DNA of 64,000 nt. It comes from Paramecium tetraurelia. Its lineage: Eukaryota. Positions 54,326 through 64,000 of this stretch are shown here, piece by piece. Position numbers and translations under genes: made by a program. Under the pieces are notes generated by a model, which was not told the origin of the DNA, ran no database searches, and saw only the letters and a list, made by a program, of their open reading frames with translations. Location: contig CT867985.1 of assembly GCA_000165425.1 (NCBI GenBank), forward strand, positions 62,001-126,000, written 5' to 3'. Position 1 is the stretch's first letter. The number at the start of each line of letters is the position of its first letter.

Positions 54326-56488
54326 TCATTTCTTAGCACTTACAGGTCGTTTAACACCATTACTTTATTTATTTACTACTGCCGATTATGGTCTTTATAC
54401 ATAATGTTATTAATTAAATTATTAAGATTCGTCTTGTTGGAGATCGTAAAACTATTACTAATCAATAGTTTATCTTTTCATATCAGCTTAATAATATTTT
54501 CCGTCTGTTCCTTTAACCTAAGATAAAGAGAAAACATTACTCTTTATTAATTGGTAGTGCTACAACTAAGACAATTAATTGGATAAAGTTTTTTAGTGTT
54601 GATTCCTATAATTTAATCTGTGGGAGGAGAGGCTGATTATTAGAAATTCATAGGCGATTTTTTTAATTGGACTATTTTAAAGATATAAGAGAATACCTTA
54701 TAAGGCTTCTATTTCTCTTCTTAAATAGTTGATAGTTTCCATAGCTTATCCTAATCTTGTTTCTAAATTAAATAATTCTCTCTTCACGTCGTCTTCATTG
54801 GCTTTGACTTTCACTTACCTCATTAATCCATTAATGTCAACATCTCTAAATATTCTAGTCACTCTTCTTTCGATTTCATTTGCATTTTCAACTTTATGGC
54901 CTATGTCTTAGAGATCTTTTTGTATTTTTCTAATTTTATCATCTTCTAGACTTCCCTGTTATTGGAATTGCTCAAACATTCTATTGATTTCATCTTTGGT
55001 GACATATTTAGATTCTTCTGGAGTTTATGATTATTGTTGTTATTATTATTATTATTAATATAATTATGAAAAGAACTGGAAACTATCATAACGTGATTTG
55101 AATTCTGCATCAAGAGTTTCCCAATGCACATTATTTCTGATTGACATTTCTTCTAATTTTTTGATGTCTCCTTCAAGAGTGCATATTTTATGAGGATCAA
55201 TTTTTGATAACAAATAGGCTACATTTTCTGCATTTAAATTCATATCCTTTAATGCTTCAACTCTTTCTTTGGCTTCATCATTCAATCTTTAAATTCCATC
55301 TTCTAATTATTTAATTTTTTATCTATGTTGATCTAATTGATTAGAAACATCCAATTTATTTATAGCAGTGGCTAATCTGCTATTTATATCTATTATCTTA
55401 TCTCCTTATTGTTTATTCTGCTCTACTAATTTATCAATTAAGTTGATTTTAGACTTTAATCTTGAAAATATTGATATAAATTTACAAGTCGTTCATTTCA
55501 TTTAATTATAACTTTAATTTTGATTACTTCTCTCCAACTGTGTCATCAATGCCTTTAATTTAACTTCTAATATAGGCTATGTCCTATTAAAATTTAATCA
55601 ATTGATCATTATTTTACATTTGTTGAATCTAATATTAAATATTTTAATGTACTTCTTTCAATATTTTATCTTCACTAGTTCTAATAGCCTCATTAACAAA
55701 TTCTTCATTTGTTCTTTTCAATAATAGATCTTAGCAATCATGTATTTTCCATAAAGTTTTTCTTAAATATAAACTAATTCAGTATACCTTTCTACATCTC
55801 GAACTGCCTCTTCAAATTTCTATATATCAGTCGATAGCTTCTTCTCAACAGTGTCTAATTCATTTCTACCATTCTTCTATAAATCTTCAATCTATTATTC
55901 TAATTGATTTTTTTATTTCCTCATCTTCTCTTTACATTCTTTAGTATCAAACTTTGTTAACATATCATTTTCCAATTTTGTTAAACGTTAATCTTGTCTC
56001 TACAATATGTATCAATATCTACCTTCTTTTCTCTATAAAGATGTTAAATCATTGAGATAACTGAAAATAATTTTCCTCTGAATTCAGTTATAATTTTCTC
56101 CAATGCCCCCTTTCCATACTTTTACTTCCCTTATATTTGTGTTATGTATGTGCTTAACTAAGTTGATAATTCTTTTTCTATATCCTTGTCTGAAAAGTGC
56201 AATGAATCGCTTAATAATTGAAACTACTCTTGAACCTAATTTAGATCTAATGTTAACTAATAAAATAATTTCGTTGGGCCCAAGCAATTTCTTTATTCCT
56301 TCAATCTCCACCGTATGATTGTCAAGGTCAGCTTAGACTCCTTCTAAAAATTGTTTCAAATGATCATAATTAACATCCAATTTAAATAACGAAACTCCTT
56401 TCAAACTCAACTCATCTATTAATGAATATTGAACCATACCTCCCAACTCTTTTCTGCTTTTAGAACTTCCTTTGCTTTTATTATCCAT
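54326..56488 (-). CDS. Coiled-coil protein with a C-terminal CLSC motif
   Basis: MDNKSKGSSKSRKELGGMVQYSLIDELSLKGVSLFKLDVNYDHLKQFLEGV..., heptad-rich, KLYPINCLSC near the end, several short introns. Confidence 0.7.
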
Positions 56489-56580
56489 TTGATTTAATAA
56501 TATATAATAATTATATAAATAACTCTTTGTCTTATTACACTAGACAATTCAAACACACTCTTACATAAATAATTTTATAA

Positions 56581-58216
56581 TCAGAAATCATCATCTCGAA
56601 AATTTTATTCTAATACTTGCTTAAATTGATTTAAATTGATGTTCACACTTTTATTTGATGCAAATAGTTTAAAAGTTTCAAAAATTTCCCAATCACTTAA
56701 AGTAGAATCGTAATTCCTAACAATAGGTTTATTTAATACAGCATCATATTGGTGAAATCTTGATAGCTCATTGTGTTTGAGGATGTTGCAAATTTCTAAA
56801 ATAACTCAACTAAATTTAAATTGTTTATCTTTATTTCTTCATATAGTATTTAAATCAGTTATCTGTCTTAACTAAGTTCATTCTATTATAGAACCTATTA
56901 GACTTAACCTTTTTCAGGTGCTCCATAGATAGTGTTTGAACCACTTCTAATATCTGTTTCCTATTAACAAATCTAGAATATATGAGATTATAACATCATG
57001 TTTGATAAGCCAATCTAAAAGATTTTTGCATGTGACTTTTCCTATATACTCTTCATCAATAATTTTAAAGATATAATGAATTTATTCCTCTAACAAATTC
57101 TCATTTATAGCAAGGAAAATTCCAATAAAGTCTTCAATATCAAGAATTCGATCCTCATCCTCAGCCAATTATCTTAGTAATTCGTTGATACTAAGCGATT
57201 AAGTTACGGATTATTGTCTCATGCTCATTGCTATAGACAATTCTTTTTCCTATCATTCATAAATTATGTACTTCGAATAAAGCACCTACTAAACGAGCTT
57301 AGCTAAAATCTTATGCAAAAATTGGATGAATAAATACTTCTTCCCAACTAATTCTATCCACTAAAAATATAAAATCATTAACCTTCTTAAATAGCCAAGC
57401 ATTTGGAAATAAAATCTTTCACTCCATTTGATACTTGATTGATAGAATCATGGAATACAAGAGGTTAATTATTAATATTTTTAACTAATTACGGAATTGA
57501 TGAGGCTACCCAGGGAGCTTAGAAATTAATAAAAATATTCAATACTTTATCCATAAAGTATTTCATAGAACAGAAATCCTAAAGACCAAATATCACATTT
57601 CATGGAGTATTTTTCATTTCTTAATATTTATGGACTCATGTACAATGGTGTTCCTACTTGTGATTGCAATGTGTTTGGATTAAAGTTTTCCACAAATTTT
57701 GAGAAACCAAAATCTATTATATTTAGAATATAAAAAGACCAGCAAGTTTATATGTATTGTTATGTATTAAAATATTTGCAGGTTTTAGATCTCTATGAAT
57801 AATCCTGTACTTGAGTAACTCATAAAAACCTTAAAGAACATCAAGAATGATATTCAATGCCATTTTTTCATCAACCAATTTGTTCTTCTTCAAAAACCTA
57901 GGATAAAAAATGAAATAGACTTGGATAAATCTCCATTCTCACATAATTCTTGAATGATATAGATATTATTTTGAGTCTCCAATACATCTATAAGTTGAAC
58001 TATGTTTTTATGATTTAACTTTTTCATTATATTGATTTCGGTCTTAAGTCCACTTTGACCTTTTGGATCATTAAGCAAATTATCCTTTGCTATCATTTTC
58101 ATTGCCACATAACGATTGCTGTTTAAATCAAAGCCTTGGAAGACAGTGCCAAATGATCCAACACCAAGTACATCAGAGGTAAGGAATGTATAATTATCTA
58201 TGTTTTTTTCAGTCAT
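56581..58216 (-). CDS. Ser/Thr protein kinase, ULK/ATG1-like
   Basis: LGVGSFGTV, VAMK, ELCENGDL, HRDLKPANILI, DFGFSK, VGTPLYMSP, KCDIWSLG. Multiple short introns. Confidence 0.88.
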
Positions 58217-58980
58217 TTGGTTTTATGATTTAAAAAAAAAAAGTATTATTTTTGAATACATATTTATTTTGAAATAATATGTCTCTTTTGATAGAATGTA
58301 ATATATATTAATTAATTTGAAACTCGTTAGCCCACAGTTTTAGGCTACAAGACGATGAGATCAATTCTTCCAAAAATCTAGAATTCAAACAATATTACTA
58401 GCACTCTACCATTTATAAATCGCAGCTAAATAATGTTATTGGTAAGCATTTAATAGCAATTTTAATCTGATTACAATTTCAAATTTCCAAATTAAAACCT
58501 TTATAACATCGAAGGATTCTAATAATAATTAAATATAGATTTAACCACACATTGAAAAAAATCAAGTATGAGTCACTTAGTCTATTTAGTACAAGGATTT
58601 AGTTCCAAATTGTGATAGTTTCAGAATATAAAGTAGATATTCTAGGCCAGAAATTATTTAATTTAATTTAATTAGGAAGTTAATTATTTCCATCTCTTTA
58701 TCAAGCAAATTTAATTTAAAACCACCCAAATTTATGGGTATGATTCAAAGAGTTTATTATTTCTTGATGTTAAGCTGTTGAAACTCTAAAGATTTCAATT
58801 GCTTTAGCTTTGGTATTTTATTTGCTAGTTTTGATTCACTATTGTATGGGTGATAAGATAGATCAGGAAATGGATGGCTTGATGGAATTGACTATCTTTG
58901 GAACCATTTGTATTTAATATAATTTCTGAATATTTATATATATATCTTATTTTAATTATCTGTTCAAATAATAATATTAA

Positions 58981-60082
<1,102 letters not shown>

Positions 60083-60093
60083 AATATATAAAT

Positions 60094-60699
60094 ATGTTAT
60101 CTAATATCAATTAGTGTCTCTTCGACATTATGCTTTACAACCCATACTACTTTACTCATGCACAAATTCCATACAATTTCCTCTAGAAGCTCTACATTTT
60201 CCAATTTGCCAATTAAGGTATACTATACCTCTCCTTTATTCAAACATCACTCTTATTTGTTTCCCTTAAACTATTACCTAAACCCAAATACTGGGCAAGA
60301 AACAAGTTTTGGACTATACTCCCCTATTCACAAGGAGCACTTACACTTATTTGGTTTTTCAATCGCTACATCATTCCCAACGAAGGATTTCAATTCGTAT
60401 TTGGCAAATAAATTCAACACATCTAAGAACAAAATCTGCTATAAAAACCTTTACTTTACAATAGACAATACATAATTAACAAGTTGATGTGTTACAATGA
60501 AGATTAATCCAAAACTACATCTAATAAAAAATTATCCCTCAATTAAAAATTAAAGGATGCCAATCAAATCATTATAGATAAATCTCTTGACAATTCTAAA
60601 GTCCGATAAATTTACTAGTTAGAATTCGATCAATAAATATATTCTGATATTCTACTCTATAAAAGAGATTTATAAAGCTATCAATTGAGTCCTCCCTGA
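60094..60699 (+). CDS. Hypothetical membrane protein (~200 aa)
   Basis: Uninterrupted MLSNINQCLFDIMLYNPYYFTHAQIPYNFLQKLYIFQFANQGILYLSFIQTSLLFVSL... with two hydrophobic stretches. Confidence 0.5.
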
Positions 60700-60944
60700 T
60701 TCATGAGAAAATGAGATATTATATATTTATATAAAACGTGAATTCGACTATATCTATTATTTCTTACTATTTCTTAATACTTGTCTTATTTATATTTTTT
60801 TAGTTTTTTAATGAAGGATCTTGTTGTCCCTTTAAACAGTTTTTATTGATTATTATTGTTTACAATTTGTGAGGTGAGACACAATATAATAAATAAATCA
60901 TATTTGAATTGTTAATTTAAGATGATTATTAATCATATGAAATA

Positions 60945-63842
60945 TCATTCTAAGCCTAATATCCAATTTAGTGTATTCAACATTTATTTACATAAATGAT
61001 CGTTATTTCCAATAATTTATATTGTACATTGCATATTCGGTAATACTATAAATTTGATCATGTAATTTTAATTAACATTTGTCAATTCAAAAATGCCACC
61101 TAAATTAATGTATATTATTACAAAGTTTATAAGTGATGTATTTTAATTATCTATCATTAAAATAATCCAATTATTGATCCTAAAATTATTGATATGAATT
61201 GAATTCACATAACTTTGGAAATATTCTAAATTCATTTTAAGTTTTTACTTTTTTAAATAATTTCCTGTTTTTACAATTTTTGGATTCAACAAAAATGTAT
61301 CTCCTCTGAAAATTTATTATTTCTTCTATCTCCATTTTGTTCTAAAGACTTATAAACTTATATCCTTGAAATCCATAAAGGAGACTAATGTTGTTGTTAA
61401 AAAGAAGTTTGATGTTATCTATTTGTTAGCCCACTCAGCTATTAATAAATAAATATTAAAAGTTACCTGAAAATACTACATTCACCAATCTATAATTTTC
61501 AAACTATTTAAAAATTCCTATTACTTCTTATTAAACTTATTGACCTGGTTCAATTTTATCAGGAATCTTATCTGGCTTTAGCCACATCGAAAATTCTTCA
61601 AATATCATAATTTAAATTACGTTTATTATCTCCTTCGAATTACATCTTGCACCTTTCGAAATTTGATTGGGTCTTATTTCCAATATATAAAATTAACTTT
61701 AAATAGTTTTTCTCCTTCAAAGGAACATATTGTAATGCTTATTTTATTCCTACTTAAAGCTAAGGGGAATTTACTAATGCAGCTTTACCCTTTATAGTAG
61801 CGAGTTTAAAACGCTTCTTTTAAGATTCTGATAAACCATATGTATGTAATAACTCAAATTAGGAATTGTCATATTTAGCATACTTTCCTGTATACTACTT
61901 GATTGGTATCTATTGATCCATTTTCAAAGGGAAATATTATTAAGTTAAAGTGGATTAGCTTAATCCATCAAAATTTTCATCAAACTCCTTCTTTTTTGCT
62001 ATATTAGAGTTTAAATGATTCATAGGAGGTTATTCTCTTTTATTTTCTCCATGCAGATAATTTTAGTTTGGCATTTCTAATAAATTATTATTTTTTTCAA
62101 ATTAATTAGCATTAGCTTATTTTTATTGATTTTATTAGTCAAAAGTAGAATAAATGTAGTTCTAATTAATATTATTTTACTATTAGTTTTACTTTTATTA
62201 TTAAAATGATGATTACTAATATTATTATTACTAATATTACTAAAATTACTACTATTATTATTATTATTATTATTATTATTACTGTTAATTTACATATGAT
62301 CCTAATTTTGTTGGTGTCATGTATTACTAATTATCTGGATTGGGAGTTTGAAATTAATTGTTCCAATAATCCTCAATTTCTTTTTATTTTTTCTATTTTT
62401 ATAATTATTCTTCAGCTTCTAATCTATTTTATTCTTATTTTAGTTATTCTAGTTTTAATTGCTCTCTTTTCTTCTCTTCTAATCTTATTTATTCTTACTT
62501 AATTTATTCCTATCTAATTTATTCTTATTTCTCTTGCTCCTTTCTTTCATTCTCCCTTTTTTATTCTTCAATCCTCAACTATTCCTACTTAATTTACTCT
62601 TCTCTAATTTTGGCTAATCTTAATTCTTCTTCTTACTATCTCTTAATTTCTTCTTATTTTTTTTATTCTTCAATTTATTTCTATTATATTTATGAATGTT
62701 ATTATTGTATTTTTGATTCTTCGATAGCTCTTCTTAGCATCTCATCTTCATTTTAAAATTATGAATATTGTTATTACTATAAATTTTGTTACTTTAATTC
62801 TTTCTATTATTTAGGAGGTGGGTAATCAAAATCCTTATTTTATATTTTCTAAATATGAGCTAATGTCTTCTTTTTCAATGAATTATAAGCTCCTGGAGTA
62901 CATTCCTTTTCAAGATAACCATAATAATATTTTTAGAATTTCTATACAAAATCTTTAAGGGAATAGAGTTCTGCTAGTTCATCCTCATTTAAAACGCCAT
63001 CATACTGTTCTGCTTTACGGATGAGATTTTCAAACGACTTTTCCATTACATTCATAGATTCACTATAAGTAACTAAAACTTCATTTATGTATCCCATATC
63101 AGAATCATTAACCAAGGTTTCATTAATCATCTCAATGTCTTATTAAATTGCCTATTTTCTTTGATCTTAAGTAGGATATTTAGTTTACTTAGTTAAAGCA
63201 TGGTTTCATCCCTTTATTTATTATTATCAAGTTGTTTTGAAATAGGTTCTTGGGAAGCCTTATTAGGATCAAATGGCAAAATGAGACTTGATGAAGGTGG
63301 GAATTTAACCTAATATTTTGTATAAGGCATATACTCCCATTTAAAGTAATTCGTCATATTGGATTTTGAATTTAGTGGGTGAACCTTTTGAATCTTTTGG
63401 AAATTTGGTGGCAAGATGTTCAACCAATTCAAGGGCCAAGTTTAAGAATTCAACACTTGATTGGGGATCTAAATTGATATTGGATAGAACCTTATCCTTG
63501 AAATAAATCAGCACCGCGATTGGGATTGCCATCCCCTAATTTATGAGTACAGATATTTCCAATGAATGTCAACAAAGGTCTAGTTTAAATGTATTTGTTT
63601 ATAAATTTGGCAGATTTGATAACGATTGCATCTTTGATAAGCTAAGATATGATTGATAATACTCTCAAGATTAATAATTTCCTCAAGGGTGGTTCATTTG
63701 AATTGAAAACATGGAGAGCATATTCAATGGTGGCATCAATTAATTCAGGGTCATTAGCATGAAGTTTGTCAATGATTTTTTATGCATTTCTATTGTAGGC
63801 AGCTTTGTCTTGAGTGGCAGTTTGTATTTATATTTGTTGCAT
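60945..63842 (-). CDS. Adaptor-like protein: VHS/ENTH-like N-terminus, GAT-like helices, Q/E coiled coil, alpha-adaptin-type ear
   Basis: N-terminal PLRKLLILRLIKDA...FLNLALELVEHLATKF...FKIQYDELLQMGV. C-terminal KRFKLATIKGKAALVNSPQLQVGIK...LKLILYIGNKT...IEPGQQVQQ...FMDFKDISLQVFRTKW. Confidence 0.7.
62160..62290 (-). repeat. Trinucleotide (TAA/TAG)n low-complexity tract encoding poly-Gln
   Basis: Runs of tta/cta on the plus strand read as TAA/TAG Gln codons inside the 60945-63842 gene. Confidence 0.75.
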
Positions 63843-64000
63843 TAATAATATGAATTAAATTTTGTAAATACCTCCAAAGTATTATGCAAATTTCAATAAG
63901 AGTCAACCAAAGGAATATTGGGATTATGATAATTTTGAGAATGAATGGGGAGTATAACTAAATATTTAATGTTAATAGGATAGTGATTAATATGAAGTGA

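Noticed and set aside
58270..58930. Short coding-like fragments between the ULK-like kinase and PP2A
   Set aside because: I could not build a consistent ORF or find a motif.
62206..62502. Poly-Ile ORF / apparent microsatellite
   Set aside because: Reverse complement of TAA/TAG Gln runs in the adaptor-like gene.

Overview
This is very AT-rich eukaryotic DNA from a ciliate, almost certainly a Paramecium (aurelia-type) macronuclear chromosome. Genes only read through when TAA/TAG are decoded as Gln (TGA is the only stop), introns are 20-30 nt GT..AG, and intergenic gaps are often tens of bases. The supplied ORF track uses standard stops, so it only shows gene fragments. By hand translation I find about 30 genes, including a CDPK, a SAPS/PP6R-like protein, TMEM231, Dopey, ferrochelatase, RPS15, an EGF-TM-RING-H2 ligase, a twin-CX9C protein, a 3R-Myb, a PH-kinase, an ATP synthase i/j-like subunit, CFAP251/WDR66, a giant GBP, ATAD3, ARV1, ELP3, a broken ELP4, an LC8-like protein, an ULK-like kinase, PP2Ac and a VHS/GAT/alpha-ear adaptor-like protein. 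Several decayed gene-like tracts lie between them. I saw no rRNA, tRNA, CRISPR, telomeric repeat or clear transposon. The most notable points are the GGA-like adaptor with an alpha-adaptin ear, the receptor-type EGF-RING ligase, ATAD3/ARV1 head-to-head across 18 bp, ELP3 next to a disabled ELP4, a frameshift-rescuing candidate intron in GBP, and an apparent Dopey/TMEM231 coding overlap. Coordinates are hand-derived and family calls rest on remembered motifs, not database searches.
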